A DNA stretch of 64,000 nt from Hypanus sabinus. Taxonomy: Eukaryota. How positions within the stretch are numbered: the stretch's first letter is position 1; each line of letters starts with the position of its first letter. Positions 27,160 through 40,140 of this stretch are shown here, in pieces. A model generated the notes under the pieces. The model was not told where the DNA came from, made no database searches, and was given only the letters and a program-made list of their open reading frames with translations. Location of the stretch: the NCBI RefSeq assembly GCF_030144855.1, contig NC_082725.1:11532001-11596000 (forward strand). Direction: 5' to 3'. The position numbers and the translations under genes are program-made.

Positions 27160-29025
27160 AAAGAAGAAAACCAAGAATATAAAGGAGGATAGTAAAAGCT
27201 TCTTTAGGTATGTGAATAGCAAAAAAAAAGTTAAGACCAAAATTGGGCCATTGAAGACAGAAACAGGTGGATTTATCATGGGGAACAAGGAAATGGCAGA
27301 CGAGTTGAACAGGTACTTTGGATCTGTCTTCACTGGGGAAGACACAAACAATCTCCCAGATTTAATAGTGGCCAAAGGAACTGGGGTAATGGATGAACTG
27401 AAGGAAATTTATATTAGGCAAGAAACGGTGTTGGATAGACTGTTGAGTCTGAAGGCTGCTAGGTCCCCGGGACCTGATGGTCTGCATCCCAGGGTACTTA
27501 AAGAGGAGGCTCTAGAAATCGTGGACACATTGGTAATCATTTTCCAACGTTCTATAGATTCAGGAACAGTTCCTGCGGATTGGAGGGTGGCTAATGTTGT
27601 CCCACTTTTCAAGAAGGGAGGGAGAGAGAAAACAGGGAATTATAGACCGGTTAGCCTGACATCAGTGGTGGGAAAAATGCTGGAGTCAATTATAAAAGAG
27701 GAAATTATGACACATTTGGATAGCAGTAAAAGGATCAGTCTGAGTCAGCATGGATTTATGAAGGGAAAATCATGCTTGACTGATCTTCTGGAGTCTTTTG
27801 AGGATGTAACTATGAAAATGGACGAGGGAGAGCCAGTGGATGTAGTGTACCTGGACTTACAGAAGGCCTTTGATAAAGTCCCACATAGGAGATTAGTGGG
27901 CAAAATTTGGGCACATGGTATTGAGGGCAGAGTACTGACATGGATTGAAAATTGGCTGGCTGACAGGAGACAAAGCGATTAATGTGTCCCTTTCGGAATG
28001 GCAGGCTGTGACCAGTGGGATACCGCAAGGTTTGGTGTTGGGACCGCAGCTGTTTACAATATACATTAATGATTTAGATGAAGGGATTAAAAGTAACATT
28101 AGCAAATTTGTCAATGACACAAAGCTGGGTGGCAGTGTGAAATGTCAGGAGGATGTTATGAGAATGCAAGGTGACTTGGACAGGCTAGGTGAGTGGGCGA
28201 ATGTATGGCAGATGCAGTTTAATGTGGATAAATGTGAAGTTATCCACTTTGATGGCAGGAACAGGAAGGCAGATTACTATCTAAATGGAGTCAAGTTAGG
28301 AATAGGGGAAGTACAACGAGATCTAGGTGTTCTTGTACATCAGTCAATGAAAGCAAGCATGCAGGGACAACAGGAAGTGAAGAAAACTAATGGCATGCTG
28401 GTCTTTATAACAAGAAGAATTGAGTTTAGGAGTAAAGAGGTCCTTTTGCAGCTGTACAGGGCCCTGGTGAGACCCCAGCTGGAGTATTGTGTGCAGTTTT
28501 GGTCTAAAATTTGAGGAAGGACATTCTTGCTATTGAGGGGGTGCAACGTAGGTTCACAAGGTTAATTCCCAAAATGGCGGGACTGTCATATGTTGAAAGA
28601 TTGGAGCGACTGGGCTTGTATACACTGGAATTTAGAAGAATGAGAGGGGATCTAATTGAAACATATAAGATTATTAAGGGATTGGACACGCTGGAGGCAG
28701 GAAGCATGTTTCCGCTGATGGGTGAGTCCAGAACTAGAGGCCATAGTTTAAGAATAAGGGGTAGGCCATTTAGAACAGAGATGCGGAAAAACTTTTTCAC
28801 CCAGAGAGTGGTGGATATGTGGAATGCTCTGCCCCAGAAGGCAGTGGAGGCCGTCTCTGGGTGCTTTCAAGAGAGTTAGATAGAGCTCTTATAGATAGCG
28901 GGGTCAAGGGATACGGGGAGAGGGCAGGAACGGGGTACTGATTGTGTATGATCAGCCATGATCACAGTGAATGGCGGTGCTGGCTAGAAGGGCCGAATGG
29001 CCTACACCTGCACCTACTGTCTATT
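27160..29025 (+). mobile_element. Young 5'-truncated CR1 LINE (RT half nearly intact)
   Basis: ORFs 27080-27982, 27945-28514 and 28511-28879 join into CR1 ORF2 (SPGPDGLHPRVLKE, NYRPVSLTS, QHGF, AFDKV, PQGLVLGP) with only a few frameshifts. Confidence 0.93.
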
Positions 29026-30899
29026 AACACATTTAGTATAAATTGGCACATCATGGACTGAATAGCCTGTCTGGATCTATACTGTTCTAATTTTATATAT
29101 ACCTTATCTCTCAGCACTATATATATACACACACACGCATATATACATACCTCAGCACTAGCCTACAAAGTACCCAGGACATCTTTATGGAGTGGTGTCT
29201 CAGAAAGGCAGCATCCATTATTAAAGACCTCCATCACCTGGGGGATGCCCTTCTCTCATTGTTATCATCAGGTAGGAGATATAGAAACCCGAAGGCACAC
29301 ACTCAGTGATTCAGGTACAGCTTCTTCCCCTCTGCCATCCGATTTCTAAATGGACTTTGAAGATTTGGACACTACCTCATTTTTTCCATATACAGTATTT
29401 GTTTTCACACATTAAAAAAAAATCTATTCAATATACATAATTGATTTATTTATATTTTATTTATTTTTCTCTCTACTAAATTATGTATCGCATTGAACAA
29501 ATTTCATGTCACATGCCTGTGATAATAAACCTGATTCTGATTTGCACAGCCTATTCAGTCGGTCTTGTAAAAGACTAATCACAATACTTGGTATTTGTCT
29601 CCATCTCCAGAGACAGATTTCTAATGTAACACATAACGTTATTTATTCACATCTTTTATAAACCTGCTGCCCAATTGCAACAGCAAATTACAACTTCTCA
29701 ATTACACATGCAAAGAACCCATAGTCTTTCCTCAGATCTCTGCATACATCAACTGTTAGGAAATATTCTGCAAGTATAGAATCACTTGGCAGAAATTAGT
29801 TAAATTGAGGACAAGTGAGATCACAGAACCAGACTTCAGGAAATAAAATCTTTTCACAATTCAACTGCAACTGTTAATTTAAGGCTATTGAAGCTAGTGG
29901 GACTATAGAAGGTGTGGGACGTTGTCTGATTCTGTACTACTGAAACTGTACAGGGGAAGACAATAAATTAATGTTTGTGTTAATTGGTGGTCACGGAAAA
30001 AATTAGGATGAGATCAGGTAAGGCGCAAGTACTATGTCCTGCATTAACACATTAATACATATCTCTTGCCAGTTAGTTCAGGACAGGTCTGCTTTGTCAC
30101 CTTATCAGACTAGCTATATATTCAGCAAAACATCCTTCAGCACTCAAAGTATATTTTCACTGTTGGGAAGTTTGTGCCCAAAGCTTTCAGGCCAGCCATC
30201 ACTATTTGAATAATCAAATGGGTTCTGCTAATTGGGATGGCATACCATTGTTAATAAGTCATTGTGCAGTTACCTGTTTGCATTCCCAATGTTAAAGTAG
30301 ATGATTATAGCCATTGAAACTGTAATAATTTGTTATCTTTGTGTTCAACAGATCTAAAACATCGGATCAGGATGTAATTCTGGATAAACACGAGAAAGTC
30401 TGCAGATGCTGGAGGAACTTAACAGGCCAGGCAGCGTCCATGGAAATGAATAACAAGTCCACAATTCAGGCCAATACCCTTCTTCAGGACTATGGATTCT
30501 CTCCATATAAATTCTTAAGATTTCCCAGTTATAGTTTGTATGGCTATTTTGTTAGTCACAACAGCAACTCCTTATAAAAACCCCCATATCCTTTCCAGTA
30601 TTTTTTTAAACTTTACTGTAGTGACCAGAAAGACGAGCAGTACTGAATGTATGGATCTATACTTCAGCAGATACACTAAAGTTGGCAAGTGGTGGTTGCT
30701 GCTTAAGTGGCAACAATCGGCAATACAATGAACCTCCAGAAAATGCCAAGAAAGATCAAACAGTGAAGGCTCTCAAAAAGAACTTGAAGCCCAAATGGTG
30801 AAGAAAATGTAAAGGGGCAAAGATGAACCGGAATAGGAATGTGGGGATTTAAAAATAGGAATATATTCAAAGTAAAATTTATTATTAGAGTACATACGT

Positions 30900-31140
30900 C
30901 ACCCTTCCCCCATGTGCTGTTCCTTATTGTGGTGGGGAGGCTTGAGTGCCTTAATGCTCCTGGGAGCTATACCAGCTGGGACTTCAGTCCCTGGTAGGTT
31001 CAACCTTGGTGGGCACGTTCCAGATGAAGGGCCAGACAAATACAGCACCTGGTCCTCCAGGTTGGGGGTTGGGCATAGGGCCAGCAATCCTACCGTCTTT
31101 ACCGCTACAGTAACCAATGAGGCCCCATGTGCCATCTAGA
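30900..31140 (+). mobile_element. RTE-clade LINE 5'-UTR-derived fragment
   Basis: ttgtggtggggaggcttgagtgcc...gagctat...cctggtagg and ggtcctccaggttgggggttggg motifs typical of RTE 5' ends; related piece at 3285-3620. Confidence 0.55.
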
Positions 31141-31159
31141 CACTAAGGGTTCAGACGAC

Positions 31160-32110
31160 ATACGTCAGCACATACAACCCTGAGATTCTTTTTCCTGCGG
31201 GCATACTTAGCAAATCTAAAGAACAGTACTATAACTATAAAAGAACCAATGAACAACACTGCAAATGTAAATATAAATAAATAGCAATAACATTAAACAA
31301 CAAGTGCTTGAAGTGTTAAAGTGAGACCATCAGTTGTCGGAATACCAGAAACAGAGTGAATGAAGTTATCCCCATTTGTTCAAGAGCCTGATAGTTGAAG
31401 AGTAGTAACTGTTCATGAAACTGGTGGTGCAAGTCCTGAGGCACTTATACCTTCTATATGATGGCAGCACCATATGAGGGCTGGGTGGAGGATCTTTGAT
31501 GATGGATGCTGATTTTCTATGGCAACCTTTCATGTAGATGTGCTGAATGGTTGGGAGGGCTTTACCCAAGGCGTACTAGACCAAATCCACTACATTCTGT
31601 AGGATTTTCCACTCAGACATTGGTGTTCCTATACCAGGCTGTGATGCAGCTAGTCAGCACACTTTCCACCACACATCAACAAAAGTTCACCAAGATTTTT
31701 GATGACATACTGAATCTCCACACATTTCTGACAAAGTAGAGATGCTGTTGTGCTTTCTTTACAATTATATTTATATGATGGAACCTTGGAGATCGTGACA
31801 TTCAAGATTTAAAATTACTCTCTCCACCTCTGATCCAATCAGTACTGGCTCTAGTTTCCCTCTCCTTAAGTCTACAATCTGTCCTTTGGTCTTATTGACT
31901 TTGAGTGAGAGGTGGTTGTTATCACAGCATTTAGCCAAGCTTTCAATCTCCTTCCTGTATGCTGATTTACCACCACCTTTGATAATGCACGTAAGTGGTG
32001 TCATCAGCAAACTTTTACATGGCATTGGAGCTGTACTCAGCCACACAGCCATAGGTGTAAAACAAGTACAGCACGGTGCTAACCACACATCCCTATGATG
32101 CTGCTGGATA
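31160..32110 (-). mobile_element. Rex1/Babar-like LINE 3' fragment
   Basis: SAYRKEIESLAKCCDNNHLSLKVNKTK and ASIIKDP motifs; more 3' fragments near 18320-18850, 29160-29540, 32790-33390 and 49790-50090. Confidence 0.7.
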
Positions 32111-33674
32111 TTGATCAAAAACATGAGAAACAGACTGTAGAATGAAAAGAGGAACATGTAATGAGTAAAAAATGTTACCCATAAATGAAAATGAGCCCTG
32201 ATTAAGGGTCTTGGACCAAGATGTCAACTGTTCACTCTTCTGTAGATGCTGCCTGCTCTGAGCTTCCCCAACATCTTGTGTGTATTATAGAAATGGAAAG
32301 CAAATTTTGAATGACAAATCTGTGATTTGTATGCAAATATTTCAATATAGTCCATGGAGCAAAGATGTTTACAATCAGTATACTTGGTACCCTAAGTTTT
32401 TCCATAAAATATTACATTGGCTAATTAACTGCTGCACCACAGATCTAGAAATACGAAATAACATCAAACAGAAGGCCATGAACTCAATAGACTTGCCTGT
32501 TACTCAAGTCCCCTTCTACAGGTCCAATGGGTAGACATTAATCCTTGGTCTGTCTTGATTAAGTTCCACAGTAACAGTTACTCAGCCAAAATTGAATCTA
32601 AACTGATCCAACAAATATAAACAAGATGCTAGAAACACTCAGGTCAAGCAGATTTCTATACAAGGAAACAGAGTTAATGCTTCAGGACAACTGTAAAAAA
32701 CTTTTGTAAATTGCTCTAAGGTGGAGAGCAAAGTTGCCCAGAAGACAAAGCTCCCAGAGCCAAAGGGTTAAGAGATGAATGAGGGCAATCGAGGGATCAG
32801 CAGTGGAAAGTGTGAGCAGTTTCAAGTTTCTAGGTGTTAACATCTCTGAAGATCTATCCTGGGCCCAACATATTGATAACAATTACAAGGAAGGCATGAC
32901 AGTGGGTATATTTCATTAGGAGTTTGAGAATTGGTTTGGCACTACCAAATTTCTGTTTTGTGGAGAGTACTCTAACTGGCTGTATCATGCTGTTTATGGA
33001 AGGGCTATTGCAGAATTGGAAAAAGACGCATGGTCTGAAAATCAGCCAGCTCCATCATGGGCACTAGTCTTCACAGCATCGAAGACAACTTCAAAAGGCA
33101 ATGCCTTAAAAAGGTGGCATCCATCAACAAGGATATGCCCTCTTCTCATTGGGAGGTTCTGAAGCCTGAAGACACACAATCAACATTTCAGGAACAAGTC
33201 CTTCCCCTCTGCCATCAGATTTCTGAATCAATTAACCCATTTACAAAGTCTATTTTTTAAAATTTTGCTATTCTTGCACTACACATTTTAAATATTTATT
33301 CTCATTGTTATTTAGTTTTTTGTTTTGCAATGAACTGCAGCTTAAATAATATTATGACTTATGGCAGTGATATTAAACCCAAGTCTGACAGAACCAATAA
33401 AACAGCTGAGAAGAAACACACATAAAATGCTGGAAGAACTCAGTAGGCCAGGCAGCATCTACAGAAAATAGTAAACAGTCAACATTTTGAGCTGAGACCC
33501 TTCATAAGGACCTTCATTTGTGAAGGCAGCCCAAAATCTGTGTTCCATCCAGTTTTGCACCCACTACTGCAAATCATGCCAGAATGTCTAATGATCTTAC
33601 ATAAGTAATGCAGATCCCATCTTTAGCTCCACACACCACTTGAATGTAAGCAATAAAGAGGCAACATTTGTATT

Positions 33675-34716
33675 CAAAAAGACAAAATAGTTTTATTAAA
33701 CTTTTCCCCTTCAACAGTTAACAAGAAATTAAACCACATTACTAAAGAACTTATGTAAAACATACAAGTACTCAAAAGAAAAATAATAAAATCTGAATTT
33801 ATAAATAAAAATAGTTCAGGTTTCAAAATTAACCCATGCTTCAATGTCGGTCAGAATTCCTTAACTGTGTACGTTACTGCATCAGCTCAACAATAAAGCT
33901 GGACTTGAGCTGATTAGTAATTTCATGATCACGTTTCATAGGTATAAACTGAGGGTGCAGATAGTTACAGCTTTAATATACAAGCCAAATGGCATCTAGG
34001 AACCTAATCAAATATACAAGTTTCAGTTCTGCAGCTGTAATACAACAGCACTCACTGAATTTGCATTGCTTGACGAGTTTCATAGTTTGAACCATTTCAA
34101 AAACAAGCGAGCTCCCATTCCATAGAAATAGTGCACGTTAAGTTACATTTTAAAATCACACATTTACAAATACCAATTAAACTTTACAACAGTAACTTTA
34201 GAAACAGGATATCAAAGTAATTAAAACAGCTGGAATAATTGCTGAGCCGAAGATACTGCAAATTGGAACTTAATCTCATTTTATGGTCTTAATCACTTGC
34301 CCAGATAAAGCCTTGGTATTTTTCCAACTTGCAATTTAGTTAAAAAAAACTTGACAATGTAAGCAAACAGGTAAACCAAAAAAAAAATGATAATAATAGT
34401 GAATGGAGTCTAACCTCAAATCCTCATTGTGGATTCAGTGTAAGCTTGTGATATGCACAATTTTTGGTAAACGATGCTAAATTACTGTCAATAAGTGAAA
34501 TGTATAATTGATATTTTACGCATTTTATCAATGTATCCCAATGTCCCAGCTTCAATGCACAAGTTTGTTCAAAATACTTGCAGTCAATGGGCAATAAACA
34601 AACTGAACTTTATAATTCAGACACTGGTTTTAAAAACTCGTGACAGTAACAGTACATCCAAACATGAATAGACTTCATTTCTCCATTATATTCTTTAATT
34701 ATAGTGCATCCTGTAG
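33675..34716 (-). other. CBX3: CBX3 3' UTR with AATAAA polyadenylation signal at 33692-33697
   Basis: Repeat-free AT-rich stretch downstream of the stop; tttatt on the plus strand; end approximate. Confidence 0.6.
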
Positions 34717-34881
<165 letters not shown>

Positions 34882-35461
34882 TTAGGTGCAGAAGACTGCT
34901 CAAGGACTGCTTCCATCAGCCTTTGAGGAAGAAATCCAAAAACTGATTACTAAAAAAAAATCATGTATTAAAATATGCAACTCCTTCCTTTCAACAGTGA
35001 CTCTCAACTCCCACCCCACAGTTCAGCTTCTCTCACAAGAGCAAACTTCAAAACCCAATTGGATCTTGTTTCAATGAAAACCCTCTCTTGGTTAAATAAA
35101 AGCTAGCTTTTCCAACCTTTCATCAGAAAATAACCCCAACCAGTACACATTCCACTCTAAAAAAATAAGCATACAAAGTAGAGTGGTACACAATTCTTAC
35201 TCACTCTCCTTAAGCCTGTTCTTCCATTCACTAGGACAGATCAGGGGTCATATTCAATTACATAACTTCCATCACATTGAGAAGGTTTCGAAGACTCTCA
35301 ATGAACTGACTGCGAAAGCAAACCTCTTCCCTATAATTTTTTATACACACACAAAACAGTGCCAACTATTTTTAATTTGGAGATACAGCACATCAACAGG
35401 CCAATAAATAATTTCAGTTTTCTCCTTAAATGGCATAGACCAACTCACAATGCAGTCCTTA

Positions 35462-35596
<135 letters not shown>

Positions 35597-36022
35597 TCAT
35601 CAACTAAAGTTGTAGAAAATAGAAGTTGCAGAAGACATTATAAAAAGATGGTCCAAGAACAAGCAAATTATCAGAATTGAAGTTGCTGCTCAAAAAAAGC
35701 CATTTAGTCGTAAATGAACATAATAGCCACAGAGATGCGTTCAGCTAAAGCCACAATTAAGTTGTGTCTAATTTATAATCTGATATTAGAAATAGAAATT
35801 GCCAAAGTTGATTTTCAGAATAGGAATTTAGTTACTACGGCAGTGTATATAACTCAGCCATTTTCACCTTCTCCCATGTACTAATCTTACTCAAATTAAC
35901 CGGATTTAAGGCTATGGTTAGATCATCGCTAGTCTTCTGCGGTTCTAGGTTCATCTTGAGCAAGGATATACAGAGCAGGTCACACACACGCAATATCAAG
36001 CTGTGAAGATCAAATAAGCTAT

Positions 36023-36300
36023 TGTGGCGACCCACTTCCTAGCGCACTTGAACCGGCTCACAAACAGCCAGCGCGCCGGCATAAAGGCCAGTCCCAAAAA
36101 GGCACCAGGTCTGCTTCACCAACAAAGGGAAAAGCTCGCGCGGGACTGTGAGTACGTGCCCCCTACAGCATCCGCGCCCGGGGAGGGCGGGATCAGGGAG
36201 GCTTTAAAGCGAGGCCGTGAAGTTCGAGTAAAATCTTCTTTAACTGCAGTTCACCGACTCCATGTCGTTATTTCAGCGCTGCGTGTAGCACACTGCTACA
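36023..36300 (+). mobile_element. Solo LTR of the same Gypsy family, in a CBX3 intron
   Basis: TGTGGCGACCCA...GCTACA ends shared with the 13.8-18.0 kb LTRs; TSD CTAT. Confidence 0.92.
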
Positions 36301-37119
36301 CTATTATATTTTTAATACACTCAATTCCCCGAACTTTCTAATTGAGCAACTATTTTCACCTCACTTTCAACATTATTCTTTTTTCCACTTTGCAAAAACC
36401 CATACAGATCTCGCTTATATTATCACAAATCATATCTAGTGATGGGACATGGTAACTTTAAGCCACTCAATCACTTTCCTCAGATGGTGCTTTACCCTTC
36501 CTCAATCCCAGCAAAATTAAATTTCCAGACACCAAGCTTAACTTTACATTTTCTACTTCAATGTTACCTTCTCACCACTTCCTTTGCAAATAAAAACAAT
36601 GCCACCTACATTATCATTACCACATGATATTTTAAGGACAGTCCCATTTCCCCATTCCAACACTTCAGCAGTTTCTCTCCCAAAATGCTGCAGGAACGCA
36701 GCAGGCCAGATAGCATCTATGGATAAGTAGTCGACATTTCAGGCCAAGACTCTTCAGAGTCCTGATGAAGGATCTTGGCCTGTGTTGGTGTTGCTTGGAT
36801 TTCCAGCATCTGCAGATTTTCTCTTGTTTGTCAGCAGTTTCCTTATATTTTGAGGTTCCTTCCATCAAGTTAAATAATGCTGCAACTATTGCACTCCATT
36901 GCTAAAAGCAGAGGAATCTAACCCAGGACTAATCCATTTCCAGATCTTCAAAGCATGAAATAAAATAATTTCATAATTCTTCATTAATGTCTGAGGATAT
37001 TACAAAGGCAAATACAATTTATCAAATACTCACATCAATTCCTTCGGCTCCTTTCCCCACCATTCGAAGATTGGATCTAATCCCTGAGGTTTATGTCTGG
37101 ATTCCTACTCAGGGTAAAA

Positions 37120-37403
37120 TTTATTTGGAGATACAGCACAGAACAGGCCCTTCCAGTCCACTGAGCAGCACTGCCCAGTAACCCACTGATTTAACCCTAG
37201 ACCAATCACAGGACAATTTACAATGACCAATTAACCAACTAACCGGTAGATCTTTGGACTGTTGAGGAAACTAGAGCACCCACAGGAAACCCATGTGCAC
37301 ACAGGAAGAGTGTAAAAATTTTCTTACAGAAGACACCAGCATTGAACTCCCTTGTCCCGAGCTGTAATAGTGTCTCCTAAACTACTACACTACTGTAGCA
37401 CCC
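37120..37403 (-). mobile_element. V-SINE (HE1-like) copy
   Basis: Collinear with 9180-9458. Confidence 0.75.
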
Positions 37404-37811
37404 CATGGGGATGTTGTGTATAAACATCCACTTAATCCTACTCCACTGCCTGGTAACTTATCAATCACATCAACCCGACACAACTGCATTTCCTGGTCTA
37501 ACACTCTCCTGATAAAAGATTTATCATCTCAACCCTTTAATAACTGACCGTTTATTCCGAGATTATGCCAGTGCCCTTGACCAGGCAGCCTTGAATAAGT
37601 TCTTTTCTAAACTCAGGGAAATACAGATTAATCCTCCCCAACCAATTGTCACTCCTTTATTCCAAGAATCAACTCAATAATGCTAAACTACACTGACTGC
37701 AAAACAAGCACATTCTTCGTTGTTTAAAGATTGAAACAGCAGATAATCATAAATGAGGTCTCGCAGAGCAGCTTAGAGTGCTAACGCTACATAAATTAAC
37801 AAAACAAACTT

Positions 37812-38487
37812 ATATAACCATATAACAATTACAGCATGGAAACAGGCCATCTCGGCCCTTCTAGTCAGTGCTGAATGCTTACCCTCACCTAGTCCCACTG
37901 ACCCGCACTCAGCCCATAACCCTCTATTCCTTTCCTGTCCATATACTTATCCAATTTTACTTTAAATGGCAATACCGAACCTGCCTCTACCACTTCTGCT
38001 GCAAACTCGTTCCACACAGCTACCACTCTGAGTAAAGAAATTCCCCCTCCTGTTACCCTCAAACTTTTGCCCCCTCTCAACTCACATCCTCTTGTTTGAA
38101 TCTCCCCTACTCTCAGAAAACGCCTATCCACGTCAACTCTATCTATCCCCCTCATAATTTTAATTACCTCTATCAAGTCCCCCCTCAACCTTCTATGCTC
38201 CAAAGAATAAATACCTAACTTGTTCAACCTTTCCCTGTAACTTAGGTGCTGAAACCCATGTAACATTCTAGTAAATCTTCTCTGTATTCCTATAATTCGG
38301 TGACCAGAACTGTACACAATACTCCAAATTCAGCCTTACCAATGCTTTGTACAATTTTAACATTACATCCCAACTCCTATTTTATAAAGGCCAACATACC
38401 AAAAGCTTTCTTCACCACCCTATCCATATGAGATTCCATCTTCAGGAAACTATGCACCATTATTCCTAGATCACTCTGTTCTACATC
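37812..38487 (-). mobile_element. CR1 LINE 3' end in a CBX3 intron
   Basis: ORF 37889-38317 is the CR1 ORF2 C-terminus. Confidence 0.9.
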
Positions 38488-39632
38488 ATGGAAATCTGCC
38501 TGATTATTAGTACCCTGCCATTTAAATCTTTTAGACTGGGGTGGTGGTGGTCCCAGACTGGGGCACGGATCCCTTGCTTAATGGTAATGGTCATTTATAG
38601 CAGTTCCTTTATCATGGATAAAATGGCTCTGCATCAACCTCTGAGATCCATTCACTAACTACCCACGCATTTTACCAAATCTACCCCTCTCCACCTACAC
38701 TGCCTCTAATGATTTCCATCCAACAGAGTTTGTGTTCCTGCTTATGCTAGCTGCTTCCATCTTCATTCTCTCCTTCCCCACCTGCCTTTTTGGCATGCCT
38801 CAACCTTTTAACCAACTCCACCTCTATCTTGCTCTATCTAGCCATCATCCATCCTCAGTCCAGCAATCACCTAGTTGCCCAAGGCTCACTACTCCCCTTC
38901 TTTTTATACCGGCCACCTTCATTCCTGACGCAGGGGCTGACCCGAAACATGGACAATTCCTGGTCTACTCCCATCCCCACAGATGCTGCTCGACTCACTG
39001 AAGTTCTCCAGCAATCTGCTTCTTGCTCCAGATTCCAGCAACTAGTTTTGTGTTTCGATTCTGCATTAATTTTATTTCAAATGCATTTTTTCAAATCCAC
39101 TACTTGTAACTTTAAAATTTCACGGTGAGAAATACGGTAAGTTAACAATCCATGTGCCTTACTGCTAATTTGGAAAGTCAATCATATTGAATCACAAGGG
39201 TCAATGACAACCATGACAAACCCAACACCCTCATTTACCACTACAAATTTAAACTAGTAAAAAAAAATAGTTATGGTGTTTGGCAGGTGGTATTAAGAGG
39301 CAAGTTGGCAGCAGGCTCCTAACATAAAATGACACCATCTGCTACATAGTTCCCAATTGACTAGTTTCTCATTGACAAGGTGGAATGGGAATAAGTAAAT
39401 GCCTAGGGACCTACGTACATCCACACAGAGCAATCTTGTGTACCTGAAATCTAAACACTAGAGACATGGCCAAGGAACACAATTCTTGTTTGTCTTCTTG
39501 GGTGAGAAATAGTGAAGTTAAGGAGAGTTTGACAATGAATTAGCCAATGCCAAAGATAATTATCCCTTTATAAATAGTAATTACATCAGCTGATTCAATT
39601 CTAAAAATATTAATCCAAAAATAATCTCTTAC

Positions 39633-39798
39633 TGGATCTTTTTTCTTTTTTGGCTTGTTTTCTTCACTCTCACTTTCTGAGGCAGATTTTCGTTTGAACC
39701 CATCTGTACGCTCCTTGGTGGCCTTCTGGGAATCTAGAAACTCCTGGATCAATTCTGGACAATCCAAATTGTCCTCTGGCTCCCATGTATTGTCAGCA
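39633..39798 (-). CDS. CBX3: CBX3 coding exon (chromodomain C-part and hinge)
   Basis: ttttag| ... |gtaaga; [55 protein letters not shown]. Confidence 0.95.
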
Positions 39799-40075
39799 CT
39801 AAAACAGATTCATATTGGAGTCAAGTAAATACTTAATGAAAAATGCTGAATTCCATTAAACCGACCTAATTTATAACAAAAATAGAAGCAGAGTCTGCAA
39901 ATCCCACCTATCTTCTCTATGCAAGAGAAACCCATGTTGAATGTGCCCAAGCCAGTTATTCAGAATAAAAATACAAAGAACAATGGATCCAAAATACTAG
40001 AAGTCCAATTTCACCATACCCTTCAATTGAATTGCATACTTTATCTACATGTATACTGTATATCTAACCTCAGAC

Positions 40076-40140
40076 CAGGGATTCCCAAGCCCCTCAGTGA
40101 ATGGCAGGGGCTTATGGTATAAAAAGGTTGGGAACCCCTG
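40076..40140. mobile_element. Tiny hAT-type MITE
   Basis: TIRs CAGGGATTCCCAA / TTGGGAACCCCTG; TSD not well preserved. Confidence 0.6.

Noticed and set aside
27080-28879. Active CR1 or host gene
   Set aside because: 5'-truncated and frameshifted, and the RT catalytic motif reads FVND rather than FADD.
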